A DNA stretch of 64,000 nucleotides from Eledone cirrhosa (GCA_964016885.1 CAXHJY010000286.1:27780-91779), one strand, 5' to 3'. Numbered from the stretch's first letter, positions 28,396 through 41,902 are shown. Made by a program: numbers and translations. Notes: generated from the letters alone by a model not told the origin.

Positions 28396-30017
28396 TTAGG
28401 GCGAAGTGTTTAGAAGGGGTCCGTATTTGTTAATAAAGTGAGATTCCTTGCTGATGCGCTGGGTGTGGGTGGCATTATCTTTAAATTTGTAGAGGGGAAA
28501 GATTCTGAAGTTGGGATGATTTTGGGCGGCACAGGTATCAATGTGTTCACTCAGTGGTATTTTCCTGTATTCCCGTATTTTAATTTGGGATCTATGGACA
28601 GTCATGCGTTGGCGGAGGCTGTTTTTTTTCTGGCCTATGTATTGTTCTCGACAACCTGAGCAAGTTAATACATATATTAGATTTTCTGATGCGCATGTGA
28701 AATTGTGTTTTACTTTAAAACGTTGTCCTTCTTTGAAATAGAATTCCGAACCCTCTATTAGGTTGATGCATATACCACAGTTGGGTCTATCGCATTTTTT
28801 TTACTGTGGGTTTCGTTGTTGTGGTTGGCAGTACTTTGGCATGTGTTAGGATGTTTTTCATTGACTTAGATTGTCTTTTGCTCTTTATGATATCGTGTGT
28901 TCAAAGGATTTGGTTCATTCTATGGTCCTTTTTCAACACAGGGATGTTCTGGAGGATGTTGTCAAAGGCCTCATTGTTGAGGGGGTTGTGTGTGGAGATG
29001 TATGGAAGAGCTTTTAGTGTCGGTTGATTTACTTTAGGGTGTCTAAGGTCCTGGGTACTGAGTTTTAGGGCACGTTGGATTCCATTGTCAATTAGTGATG
29101 CAGGGTAGTCCCTGCCTATGAGTGTGTCCTTTAGTTCTTGTAGCCGTAAGTAACAGGTGTTTGTATTGGAGACTATAGTACAGATTCTCTTGGCTAAGTT
29201 GTAGGGAATATTAATTTTAACGTGTCTAGGGTGGCAAGAGTTGAAAGGAAGATATTGCTTGGAGTCTGTGGGCTTGTAGTATATGTCTGTTTCTATTTTT
29301 TTGTTATGAATCTTAATGAGGATGTCGAGGAAGGGGAGTTGTTGATGGCTGTATTCCATCGTAAAGTTAATATTCGTGCTGAGCCCATTTATAAGGGTGT
29401 GAAATTCTTTAAGTTTCTCGATGTTTTCGTGCCAATGGATGAAGCAGTCATCTAGATATCGCTTCCAGTTCCTTTCTATGTGTAAGTGGGGAGTGTTTCC
29501 AAATTTGTTTAGTACTTTAGTGTAGAGGGTGATTTCCAGGTATCCTATGACTAGGTTGGCATAAGTGGGGGCTGTTTTCGTTTCCATAGCGGTCCAAGAT
29601 TTCTGCCTGTAGGATTTGTTATTGAAAACGAAGTAATTGTTCTCCAAGATAAATTTGAGTCCCTCTATCACGAATTCTTTTTTGATGCGTTGTGGGAGTT
29701 CATTGTGGTAATTATCCAGCCAGAATTGGATAGCTTCTATTCCTAGGTTGTGGGGGATGTCGGAGTATAGGTTGACTACATCGAACGTCACTAGTAGGGT
29801 TTGTTCAGAAAGGGGCATATTAGGGAGGTGATTGAACATATCTAGGTCGTCCCTTATATAGCTTTTGATGTGTTTGAGAAAAGGCTTTAGAAGGGTATCA
29901 ATGAAGTTGCTAAGGCGGTGGGTTTCGCAAGCGGGGCCTGCTATTATAGGTCTTAATTTGAGATCATTGGGTGAGGGGACATTGATGACTATATCTGTGG
30001 CTTCCTTGCATGCCTTA

Positions 30018-30020
<3 letters not shown>
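28396..30020 (-). pseudogene. Penelope-like retroelement ORF (RT + zinc-linker + C-terminal GIY-YIG; Neptune-type architecture), 5'-truncated
   Basis: RT motifs LRPIIAG, TFDVVNLYS, APTYANL, WKRYLDD, LPFLDI, YYKPTD, SCHP. Premature TGA at 28901 and a frameshift in the A-run at 28795-28802. Then CDRPNCGIC, NLIYVLTC..C...YIGQ, LRQRMTVH and RISKESHFI. Truncated at a (TA)n tract. Confidence 0.92.
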
Positions 30021-30076
<56 letters not shown>

Positions 30077-30376
30077 AAGTGAGTCCTTCATCAGTGACCC
30101 TCCAACCGTCCTCGGCATTTCATCGCTTTAAGGGCCATATGCCTCAGGTTGGTGCGAACAACGGCTAAAAAAAGTCGTTGGGACACGTAAATAAAGGGGG
30201 ACGCTAGAGTAACAACAAAAGGGTTTAAGCAACGGAAAGTGAGTAGAAATAGACAAGTCCCAGATCTCTATGAATATAAACTCTGTGAAATCGTGAACAA
30301 GAGACGAAAGACCATCGAACCTGGTAGAAATGTGAGCAAGGAAAGAATTTCGCCCAAGTTTGACGGGGGGGGGGGG

Positions 30377-30464
30377 AAGTTATTTAGCCAGCAGCTCCTG
30401 TGTAAGCATATATATATATATATATATATATGTGCTTACACAGGAGCTGCTGGCTAAATAACTT
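30377..30464. repeat. 32-bp perfect inverted repeat with a (TA)n loop
   Basis: AAGTTATTTAGCCAGCAGCTCCTGTGTAAGCA-(TA)n-TGCTTACACAGGAGCTGCTGGCTAAATAACTT. Confidence 0.92.
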
Positions 30465-31535
30465 TTGATATCAATGGGTTATAGACATATGTAAAATCAA
30501 TTAGTGGTCAGTTCTTCAGTCTAAATTCCCTAGGGAGAATAGTTTTTGTACAAGTAGAAAACATGTATGTAATCTTATATATAAATCTATATATACACAC
30601 ACTCCCAGACAAGCGAATGTGAAAGACCAAATGTTATTACTGAAAGTCTCTGGGTGTGTATATTTCGCAAGGTATTTTATATTTTTATTGGAGTAGGGAA
30701 GAACGGTCACTTGCATACTCTACTCTAAATAACTTGCCTTTCATCCTTACGGGGGTCGATAAAATAAAGTACCAGTAATGTACTGTGTATTTGCTGGCCT
30801 TGTGCCAAAAGTAGAAACAATTATATATTTTACAGCTTTTCTCAACAATCTTAATCTCTGTTTTGGATTTAAAAAATAATAATAATAAATAAATAATTAA
30901 TAAAAAAAATAGGACTTGTTTTGAGGCACTTGATTGATTTTTCTCTCCCTCGTATTACCTTATCTAACAGTAAGTCCTGTTTATAGGGCAAGTATAATAT
31001 AATCTATACCAGATGGGACCATAAATCCATGACGTTTCGAAACCTGAAGTTGTAGCGATAATGAAGGAAGAAAAAGATAATGTCGTCTGCTTATTTTTTC
31101 TTTGAATTTTTTGGGTTATATTTAGTTTTTCTTTATGCACACGCACACATACATACACACACACGCACATACACACACGCACATACACACACACATACAT
31201 ACATACATACACACACGCACACGCACATACACACACACACATATACATACACACAGACACACATAGACAGACAGACAAACACAGGCAGACAGACAGACAG
31301 ACAGACAGACAGATTTCTGTTTATTTGCCACTAGGGCACAAAAGAAAGGGACATGTACATGGGTGGGGGGAGTTTACATGAAAATCGAGTAAGAAAAATA
31401 TAACAAACAAAATAATAACAAGAAGGTCCTCAATAGAGAGGGATCGTTTTGGGGTCACACACACCCCCGAAAAAAAGTGTGCGACCCTTCTCCACGGGAG
31501 CACAAAGAGAGGGTGCTCCCTTCTTTCTGTTCCAC

Positions 31536-34500
31536 CTACAGGCTGAGGTAGAGAGAAGGCCCATTCACACGGGCCATTCTCGCAACTTTCACCCACCTTT
31601 CATAAAACTGGCTGGAGTGGAGCACCTCTCTCTCCATTCTGATCCTTCTTCCGAAATGGTATCGGAAGAAAAGGACCAGTTGTTGGCCGGAGAGAAAGGT
31701 GTCCGACCTCAGCCCTTTCAGACGCGTCCACCATATAGCCTCTTTTACCATGGCTATTACACAGAGGAAGACCGCCTCTCCTTCATTTTTGAAGGGGGGA
31801 GGCGGCTTGATCGTTACAATGGACTCGGTGGTCAACCTAATTGGTCCCACCCGTGACAGCAGTTGTTCGACATAGCCCCACAGATCGGCAACGCCCGGGC
31901 AGTGCACCAATGCGTGCGCGACGGTTTCCTCGTCGCGCACGCATCTGGGACAGATCTTTTTCGAGGGGTCCCTACCCGGGCGCCCGTGTCTGTAGAGCTT
32001 ATCCCGAACGGGCAGCGCCCCTCGGTAGCACTGCCAGGCCAAGGACATCTGGAAGTTGTCCATAGGTCCCGGGCCGAAAGTCCTACCGAATAGACTGGCC
32101 AGTTCGTCCTCCTCCATGCCTAGGGCTTCTCCGAGGGCGTCGTCGCACCCGCTAACCACCAGCCCTCTATAGAATGACGAGGTGGAGTCTCCGTCGATAG
32201 CCGGGTCCGCCTGCCAGAGAGCCGTGAGCGCCTGGGCACACTCGGTGTGCCAGTCGCCCAGTTTTCTCGGTCTTTGCTTCACCCAGGACTGCAGCTCGGT
32301 GAGCGAGACGAGCCTCGGGAAGGCTCGCCTCACAAACGGGGCCCACACCGGTTGACCGGTGAGGAATACGTGGAGGTGCCTTAGCCTCAATGCGTGTTTA
32401 CGCATTTTTAGCCACGGCATCCCCAGCCCTCCTTTCAAAGGGTGTTGACAGCAGATGGATCTCCTCACCAGAGGAGACCTCTTCTTCCAAAGGAAATAAA
32501 AGAGGGCGCGCTCCATTTTGGCGAGGATCTCACCCGGGCAAGGTACGACAGTCAAGCGGTAATAGATGACGGACGCTATGTAAGCGTTCGCCACCTCCGC
32601 CCGACCTTTCAGGGATAGTTTGCACTCGGCCCACTTCTGGGTCAGTGCAAACACCCTATTCGTCACCTCACCCCAGTTTTTCTCCACCTGGAGGTCCGGT
32701 CCGAACCAGACCCCAAGCAACTTCACCGGGCCCTCCGTCCACCGTCCGACGATACCGTCGCACGACATCGCTTTGCCCCTCCACTCGCCGAGTTGCAAAG
32801 CGACTGACTTGTCCCGGTTCAGCTTAGCCCCTGTCAACCTTTCGTACTCCTCTAGTAAGGTGCCGATTGCCTCGATTTCCGAGGTGGTCGACACCATTAC
32901 TGTTACGTCATCGGCGTAGGCCGACACCGCTTTGCGCAATCCCGGTTCCAAAGGGATGCCCTGCAACAACTCCAACTTCCGCAGTAATGGCTCGAGAGCC
33001 AACACATACAGAAGGGAGGAGAGAGGGCACCCCTGTCGGATGGAGCGGGTGATTTCGAACGGCTCCGAAAGGTAGCCGTTCACCTTGACTCTAGAGCAGA
33101 TGCGGCTGCTGTGCATGGCAGTGATCCAGCCCCTGAAAACGGGTCCGAACCCAGCCGCCGCTAGCACCGCATCCAGGTAACCATGGTCCAACCTATCGAA
33201 CGCTTTAGACTGATCTAAATTTATCAGGGCCCCACCAAAGCCGGGTTCGTTCCCAACCCTCTCTATGATGTATCGCATGAGGTGGAGGTTGTCGTGGATG
33301 GACCTGGACGGGATAGCGCATGTCTGCGCATCTCCCACCAGGCCCCCCACGACAAGCGCCAACCTCTTCGCTAACACCTTCGCCAAAATCTTTAACTCTG
33401 CATTTAGCAGAGTTATGGGCCTAAAATTACTAATGTCATCCCCCTTGTTCTCGTCCTTCCTCACTAGCGAGACTACGCCCTTGGTCACAGAACAGGGAAT
33501 TCTCCCGTTCTGTTGCCAGTTGCAGTAGACCGCCTCGAGGAGATCGGGGAACAAGTCCGGCATATAGTTCGTAGGGCAGACCATCGAGTCCTGGAGATTT
33601 GCGTTTGCCGCATAGGCTCAGCACGTCCCCTATTTCAGCTGCTGAGATCGGCCCGTCGCAGGACCTCGCCTCCCTGTCCGAAAGACGCGACAGGCCGTCG
33701 AGGTATGGACCGAAATCCACATCTCCAACCGGCTCCCCGCCCCTCCCGAACAATTGGGCAAAGTGCCTTTGAAAGGCCTCGCACATTTGCTTAGGTTCAA
33801 GGATCACCCGTCCATCCTGGTCTCGCAAAGACCGGATAGTGGATTTAATCCCACTTTTCGCTTCTGTCACGCGGGCCCAGCTAACAGCTTTGGTCCCCTC
33901 GTTTCCCAGAGCACGTATTTTGCTTCGGACAACGCAGCCTTCGTGTTTCGCGTCGAAGAACTGGTTCAAGACCGTTCTCGACGCTTGCACTCTGGCCACA
34001 TTGCCGCTTCTCATTGCCTCTTCAACATTAACTACCAACTCCCTTTCCTTCCTATTTCTATCTGAGGCTAACTCCTTACTAACTCCTATTGAAACTACTC
34101 TAATCTCTCTTTTTAGAGAGCCCCACCACCTGTTGTTGACAATGGCGCCCGTCAACCGCTCCTTAACTAAGGTTCTAATCCGGTCCCTGTACGCTCTACT
34201 TGCCGGTAAGGACAAGTTGAGCTTCCAGTAACCGGGCCCCTGCCTATGCGTTCTATCAAGGTGGACTACGCAGGTCACTAACTTGTGGTCTGAATAGCCC
34301 ACCACTGGACAACTTAAAAAGTCCCTATCCTTAATTCTAACTAAGAACCTATCTAGGTACGATCTAGATTGACCACTGTTATTTGACCAGGTCCAGGTTG
34401 GTACAGTTGGAAAATCTAATCGGTATCTATCGGCCAGGTCAAATCGGCCGATTAACCCCTTAAGGCTGTTACACCCCCCTCTATCGGGGCATGCACCTAC

Positions 34501-34956
34501 ATAGTCCCAACGTGCATCTAGGATACCATTCCAGTCCCCCACTAAAAGCAAGGAGCGGGACGTCCCTAGAAAAGTCTCCAGACGATGGAAGAAGTCCGAC
34601 CGCATTGCCCCAAAAGGGGCGTATACGGCGACAAGCCTAAAAGCTTCGCCTTCACCATTGCCAAGGTCCAGAACCACGAGTCGACCCTCCGGGTCCAAGT
34701 GTACCGTCTGTGTAGCGAGACCCAGATGTTTTTGCAGCAGAACGACAACCCCACCCCCACCTCCGGGCTGACAGAGAGATGCGTGCATCTCAAAGTCATC
34801 AAAGGTGGGGGCTAGCTGTCGCATGCTGCTGATCCGGGCCTCGCAAATAACCATCACATTTATACATTGTGATCTGAGGTCACTTAGAAGTTTAGCTTGC
34901 TTCCAAGGTGAGCCCAGGCCACGCGCATTTAGACAACCTACTCTTAAGACAGCCAT
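31536..34956 (-). pseudogene. LINE ORF2 (APE endonuclease, RT, C-terminal CCHC) with one frameshift near 33565
   Basis: EN motifs CLNARGL, GDWN, YLDRFL, SDHKLV. RT motifs KSPGLDGLPYELY, FRPITLLN, LDQSKAFD, RQGCPLS, YADD. C-terminal CPRC...ETVAHALVHC. Confidence 0.95.
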
Positions 34957-35076
34957 GTTGGTGGCAAAGAAAGAGGCACTTACCTCTCTGCGTCCCGGGG
35001 TTCGGGCCGCTCAGTTTCCATGGGGCTGGTGGAGGGGTTGATGGGTGGGGTGGTGGTTTGTGGTGGTGTGGGGGTA

Positions 35077-36326
35077 TTAGTGTGTACGTTTTTTTCTTTT
35101 CACTTCTTGGAAGGGAGCCCCCTCGTCTTCCGACGATATGAGCTCCTCTTCCGTATTGGAGGGGAGGGGTATATCTCCGGGTTGTGTATGAACTGCGTGT
35201 GTTTTTGTATTTGTGTTCTGTGGGGTGGGGCTGGGTGGGACCGTGTTTTGGGTTGTTTTCTTGAGCTGTTGTTGATGTTGTTGTTGTTGTGGTGGTGGTG
35301 TTGGTTTTTGTTGTCGTTCTGGTGGTGATGGTAGTGTATTTTGTTGTTTTTGTGATGGTGGTGCTGGTTGTTTTTGTTGTTGTTGTTGTGGTGTTTGTAG
35401 CAGTGGTTTTTTTGTTGTTAGTAGAGGGCAGGCCGTCCTCAGGTGACCTCTGCCAGCGCAGTGGTAACATGAGGGTCTCCTGCCTTCCACTGTGATATTT
35501 ATGAAGGTTCGCCCATCCAGTAGCACTCGGTCAGGTATTCCGGAGATTCTCTCAGGTGTCATCTGTAAGAGAACCTCCAGACTTTTCCCCCCGAACAGTC
35601 CACTGGTGGACTCCCCTGCTGAAATAAGTATATCCTTATCTAGGTCGGTAAATCCTGTTAGGACGGACCAGATGTTAATTTCCGGCGTTGGGCTCCATAT
35701 TCTTATTCTTTGTGTTCTTCTTTTATATGTGGGGAAGAAGGTGCCACCGAATATTTTTGCGCCAGCATTTCGTCCTTCATTCGGACCATAATGCTGGCAT
35801 ACAGCCTTCCTCTTTGAATAAAGAGTATGTCGTTTTTAATTTCTTTCAGAACCAGCTCAATTTGACTTTCGGTCAATTGCGCTGGCTTTCTTGTTTCGTT
35901 GGTTATGGTTCTGTAGGTTACGGTATTCTTATAAACCTGTTGACGCACTTCTTCTGGGGAGTTGATCGTAAAAGAACCATCCTCCCCAAAAGATACGTAT
36001 TTTCTAGCCTCTAGCAAATTTTCCTTGGCGTTCGTGATGTCTATGTATTCCGTGGCTTTCCTGAGTGTTTGGGCAAAAGAAATTTTGTCTTTGTTTGTTG
36101 TTGTAATGTTGTTGGTTTCCTTATTTGTAGTGTTATTTTTTTCTTCAAAATTAAGTTTTTCATTTGAATTAATATTCTTTTTTTTTTCATTGGAGAGGAG
36201 GGGCTGTTCAACAGTTTGAACTATTGTTTCCTCTTTCCCGCTTGTTTTTTTGGTAGGCGTGGCGTTCGCTTCCAATATGGCGATATCGTTTTCGACGATA
36301 TCGTTATCAACGATATCGATAAACAT
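35077..36326 (-). pseudogene. LINE ORF1 (gag-like, CCHC zinc knuckle) with one frameshift near 35745
   Basis: ITVEGRRPSCYHCAGRGHLRTAC (CX2CX4HX4C), followed by a Q/P-rich tail and a basic C-terminus. Confidence 0.85.
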
Positions 36327-37039
36327 TTTTGAATTAATTATTTTTCACCCCAAAAGGGGTGAAAATATAATTACCCTACGTCTATAGTCCCAGACTAGGG
36401 GTTAGAGTTAATAATACAAAAGAATTCAACTAATTCACTCACAAATATAGCAGGTAAAAATCCCAAATCGCAGAGCCGATAAGAAACACGTCTACTATCC
36501 TGAGACAGACAGACAGACGTATGTGTGTGTATTATCTTTTACGAAGTGGAGGAAGTTTCAGCATATGTATTTATGCATATGTGAGTGTGTGTTAAGATGT
36601 TGAGAAGTCTGCGTGTAAGATGGCTAACGTTAGAGCAACGTGAAATGAAGTATATATTTCAGCGAAATGTATGAATAACGGAAGGAAACATATACTTAGC
36701 TTAGTGGTCTATTTAGCCCCAGGGTTATATATAGGGAAAAAACAGTATGGGAGTTCTTATGAGGTAGCTCCTTAACTATAAACAATTCTAGCGCAGACGA
36801 CCGTGTTAAAATCCATGACAGATTGACCTACTAATAGCAGTGTGAGTCTGATGCTATGTACAACACATACATCACTTGAATTTACTTAAGACGTGTCAAC
36901 GAGGGAGCTGGTTGCTGGTCCTGCTAGAAGTGGCAGCCAAATCTACCTCCAATCTGGACTTTTTTTTGAAAAAGACGAGATGATCATCGTTTGGACGCCT
37001 GTGAACACGAGTCTGCTTGATCAGGGATGGATGCATGCC

Positions 37040-37300
37040 CGCGTGCGCGTTGAGCCGGTGTTTATGCCAGTTTCATGGCGTGAAGCGACTGAGAGTACAA
37101 TACTTCCCCCTGGACCGGATGCCAGTCCATCGCAGAGTTAAACTCCCCTAGCTATTGCTGGTACTCATTTTCAGCCGAGTATACTGGAGCAACGTGAAAT
37201 GAAGTGTTTTGCTCAATAACACAATACGTAACCCAGTCCAGGAATCGAACCCATGGCATTACGATTGAAAGTCTAACACCCTTACCATTAAGCTACGTGC
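37040..37300 (-). mobile_element. SINE family B-related copy
   Basis: The minus strand has an A box (TAGCTTAATGGTAAGG), a B box (GGTTCGATTCC) and a CACGTTGCTCCAGTATACTCGGCTGAAAATGAGTACCAG core. Confidence 0.65.
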
Positions 37301-37454
37301 CTTGACATCAGGGATGACTAGGGATTAAATAAAAACAACTTAAATAAAACAAGAAAACATACATATTTGTAGAGTCGGAAAATGACATTTTTTAATGCTC
37401 TCATTCGAAGTTTCTAATCCATTCACTAACACTCAAAGAAGACTGATACTGATT

Positions 37455-39025
37455 GTACAACAGGTAGAAAAAAACTTAGTCGCTTTCCTCAGATTGTCGT
37501 TCTTACATTCAACAAGACCTTTTAAAAAATTACTTGTGGTGCAGTGATACAAGAACGTATCTACTAAAGTTCATACATTAGAATAGTTTGTCAAATGTGA
37601 ATAGTATTACTCCAAAGACCCTTCGGAGGAATCCCAAAGTGCGTAGCTCGGAAATCAGAGGCACGCCAAGTAGAGCCGCTACTTCTCCGAATTGAGAGAT
37701 TACAGCTCCGATACTATGGGCATGTAGTTAGAATATCTCAGGAAAGAATCGCAGGAGTCAAGCCAGGTAGAGCCGATACTTCTCCAAATTTAGAGATCGC
37801 AGCTCCTATACTATGGACATGTGGTTAGAATGTCTCAGGAAAGAATCGCAGGAGTCAAGCCAGGTAGAGCCGATACTTCTCCAAATTTAGAGATCGCAGC
37901 TCCTATACTATGGACATGTGGTTAGAATGTCTCAGGAAAGAATCGCAGGAGTCAAGCCAGGTAGAGCCGATACTTCTCCAAATTTAGAGATCGCAGCTCC
38001 TATACTATGGACATGTGGTTAGAATGTCTCAGGAAAGAATCGCAGGAGTCAAGCCAGGTAGAGCCGGTACTTCTCCAAATTTAGAGATCACAGCTCCTAT
38101 ACTATGGACATGTGGTTAGAATGTCTCAGGAAAGAATCGCAGGAGTCAAGCCAGGTAGAGCCGGTACTTCTCCAAATTTAGAGATCACAGCTCCGATACT
38201 ATGGACATGTGGTTAGAATGTCTCAGGAAAGAATCGCAGGAGTCAAGCCAGGTAGAGCCGGTACTTCTCCAAATTGAGAGATCACAGCTCCGATACTATG
38301 GACATGTGGTTAGAATGTCTCAAGAAAGAATTGCTTGAGTCACTTCAGGTAGAGCCACTACTTCTCCAAATTGAGAGATCACAGCTCCGATACTATGGAC
38401 ATGTGGTTAGAATTTCTCAAGAAATAATTGCTTGAGTCACTTCAGGTAGAGCCGATACTTCTCCAAATTGAGAGATCACAGCTCCAATACTATGGACATG
38501 TGGTTAGAATGTCTCAGGAAAGAATCGCAGGAGTCAAGCCAGGTAGAGCCGATACTTCTCCAAATTTAGAGATCGCAGCTCCTATACTATGGACATGTGG
38601 TTAGAATGTCTCAGGAAAGAATCGCAGGAGTCAAGCCAGGTAGAGCCGGTACTTCTCCAAATTTAGAGATCACAGCTCCGATACTATGGACATGTGGTTA
38701 GAATGTCTCAGGAAAGAATCGCAGGAATCAAGCCAGGTAGAGCCACTACTTCTCCAAATTTAGAGATCACAGCTCCGATACTATGGACATGTGGTTAGAA
38801 TGTCTCAGGAAAGAACCGCTGGAGAAGATTTTACGGGCAAAACCAACCGGTAAAAGACCTAGGGGTAGACTCTGAGCAAGATGGTTGGATAACATCCACG
38901 AGCTTGGCTGGTCTTGCTTGGGGATCCAGCTGGGTCAATTGGAGATGGTTGCTTCTGACAGGACCCACTGGAAGGAGTCTTTCAGGACTCTGCCTCCATG
39001 AGCCTCTCAGGAATAAGTGGGCGAA
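37455..39025 (+). mobile_element. 3' remnant of an RTE-like LINE ORF containing an internal 97-bp tandem expansion
   Basis: Reads IERLQLRYYGHVVR...ERI, and after the array LRAKPTGKRPRGR..RWLDNI, typical of RTE C-termini. The 97-bp unit is repeated about 12 times (37667-38820). Confidence 0.78.
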
Positions 39026-39284
39026 GAAATTAATAGTATTGTTCTGTAGCTGTGTGTGTGTTGAGGAGTTTGAAATAGAAGGAAAGTTCTCGGTGAGTTG
39101 TATCTCCGAATGGGTTTTGTAAATGAAGTGAAAACACTTCCTTTACACCACAAATGTCAACAAGAAAGATATGAATATTTCATTTCACTTTAACTTCATT
39201 GAAAATTCTCAAACTGAATGTTTTGGAGATATATGCAAATGTATAGAAAATTATATAGATATATAGATAGGGTATATGATAGGA

Positions 39285-40570
39285 GTGGATTGGCAGTATC
39301 GGTGGAGGGTCGGACGCCATGCTTTCCAGCATAGTTACGTCCCTTTACGATCTGAGTTCAAATCCCGCTGAGGTTAACTTTGTCTTTCATCCTTACAGAG
39401 GTCGATAAAATAAAGTACCAGTAATGCACTGGGGTATAGTTTTTAACCAGCATGTTTGTTTTCAATATAGAAATAATTTTTAAAAAAAGGTAAACAAAAG
39501 GAAAGAATGAATAAGGAAATACAGTAAAGAAAGAGAAAGAAAGAGAAAGAAAGAGAAAGAAAGAGAAAGAAAGAGAAAGAACGGGAAAGGGAGGAGATGG
39601 CAAGAGGTCTGGTGTTGCAGAAGAGAGGGGTGATTGGGCTTTGGGCCAAGAGCATGGGGATAGAATTGCTGCGCTCCGTTGACAAGACTGCAAAGGCGTT
39701 TATTTCGTCTCTGCTGATCTGTTTTCAAATAATTGTTTCGACATTTGGCACAAGGCCAGCAATAACCCAGTGCATTACTGGTACTTTATTTTATCGACCC
39801 CGTAAGGATGAAAGGCAAAGTTAACCTCGGCGGGATTTGAACTCAGAACGGAAAAGGCCATAACTCTATGCGTCATACCCTTTACCGATACTGCCAAACC
39901 ACCGATCTGTTTTCAAATAATTGTTTCGACATTTGGCACAAGGCCAGCAATAACCCAGTGCATTACTGGTACTTTATTTTATCGACCCCGTAAGGATGAA
40001 AGGCAAAGTTAACCTCGGCGGGATTTGAACTCAGAACGGAAAAGGCCATAACTCTATGCGTCATACCCTTTACCGATACTGCCAAACCACCGATCTGTTT
40101 TCAAATAATTGTTTCTACTTTTGGCACAAGGCCAGCAATAACCCAGTGCATTACTGGTACTTTATTTTATCGACCCCGTAAGGATGAAAGGCAAAGTCAA
40201 CCTCGGCGGGATTTGAACTCAGTCTGTAAAGGGACGTAACTATGCCGGCAAGCATGGCGTCCGACCCTCTACCGATACTGCCAATTCACCGCCCTTCTGT
40301 TTTCCACGATGTTTTCAAATAATGTCGTTGCTCATTCATTGAGTCATTTGCTTTTTGTTATTATTTGCTCAGCTGAGGGTGGTGGATTGGCAGTAATCGG
40401 TAGAGCGTCAGATAACATTATTTGTGGCATATAGTTACGTTCTTTTGCGCTCTGAGTTCAAATCCGGCCGAAGTTAGCTTTGCCTTTCATCCTTATAGGG
40501 TCGATAAATAAAATACCAGTCACGCATTGGGGGTCGAATTAATCGACATTTTCCCTACCCCAAAAGATTA
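39285..40570. mobile_element. SINE family A cluster, including a triple tandem minus-strand array at ~39715-40295
   Basis: Plus-strand copies at 39285-39435 and 40377-40570. Three head-to-tail minus-strand copies share the flank GATCTGTTTTCAAATAATTG. Confidence 0.85.
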
Positions 40571-41071
40571 GCGGAAAGGAGAATATCTATGCAGAACTAA
40601 TGAGAAATCTGTAGACACTCCACCCTGACTATACCTTCAGATTTATACCTGTGATTATTGGGGCACTGGGCTATACCTGTGATTATTGGGACACTGGGAT
40701 GTGTTAGTAACTGCCGTAGTAAAAATCTTGAAGCTAGGCTTCACAGAAACTGAAAAAAACACGACTAGGTAGGAAATTACAAGTACAATCTATTAATGGA
40801 ACAGTAAAAATATATAAAATTGCTGGCCTTGTGCCTAAATCAGAAACTCTTATTTGCTCTGTTGTAATAGTCTCAGTACTTTCCACAGAAGCAGCACTGG
40901 ATGTGAACACACAATGATGTTTTAGCGGGGAGTTGACACAGCGATCTTTTAAACATGTTGACTTCTCGGTGAATAAAGTTACATGGTCGCTTAATTGAAA
41001 AAATTGTGCAATTGTGTGGATATTTAATCTTGTCTTGTCTTGTCTTGTCTTATCTTGGTTTATCTTATCTT

Positions 41072-41260
41072 GGCTGAAAGGGTCATAGGCTGACCAAGAT
41101 ACTCTCACGGAATGACCGAATGATGATTCATTTTTAACATAGTCCTTGGAGAGTAACACTACTGTTATTGATAAGAGGAGTTGAAATGAATGCAAGCAAG
41201 ATTTTACAGCTCTAGCATCACTTTCATAGTCAGCCTATGAATTTTTCAGCCGACTCTTGT
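41072..41260. mobile_element. Mariner-type MITE remnant; related remnant at ~41975-42201
   Basis: TIR pair GGCTGAAAGGGTCATAGGCTGAC / GTCAGCCTATGAATTTTTCAGCC, with the right end at TA. A diverged homolog lies downstream. Confidence 0.62.
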
Positions 41261-41311
41261 ATGTATGTATGTATGTATGTATGTATGTAGTAACATGTAA
41301 TACTGGTAACA

Positions 41312-41902
41312 TACTGGTAACATGTATCCCAGTACAACCTGTCTCATGGTCGCGTCGTTGGCAACTAAACTGGCAACCCCACGAAGGTTTCTTGGTGAGG
41401 AGGGTGACTTTGGATATCCTGCAGGACTAAAAACAAAACCTGTCAAAGGGCAAAGGAGCTCTTAAGAGTCAATGGCCATCCAAAACCACCCGGGAGAGAT
41501 GACCCCTTAGCTTTTGTCAAGGCAGAATTCTAGGAGAAGGAAAACTCTGATATAACACCTGCAGCCCTGATGGTATCCGATAATGTTGACTTGTTCTTCT
41601 TTTTGGTAAATATCATCTTGGTTAAGAGAGTGGGACTGGCTTTGTGCAGTGCCTTTGCTCACTATAAAAGCTTCACGGCACAGGCATTGCTTTATATCTG
41701 GAGATCTCTCTGCACTTGTCATCACATGGTACTATGGGTCCAGCACTATGTGTCAATAATTGTCACAGGTGTAGTGTTTGTACCAGAGTTTTCAAGTCGC
41801 TGGCTGGTCTAAAAAGTCACACTCGTTCAGCACATCGGTAGGGGTTCTCCTACATGGATATAAAGTAGTGGCCGTACTCGAAAACGAGTTGGCAGCCACC
41901 AT
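41312..41902. repeat. Dispersed ~590-bp interspersed repeat, copy 2
   Basis: Near-identical to 1403-1991, in the same orientation. Confidence 0.9.

Larger units (their letters stand above)
31314..36502 (-). mobile_element. Full-length Tx1/L1-clade LINE (~5.2 kb)
   Basis: 5' UTR, ORF1, ORF2 and a 3' UTR ending AATAAACAGAAA. Both ends abut (GACA)n, with an apparent AGACAGACAGACAGA duplication. Confidence 0.9.

Noticed and set aside
31025-31050. CGAAACGTC half-hammerhead on the minus strand
   Set aside because: No upstream CTGANGA box.
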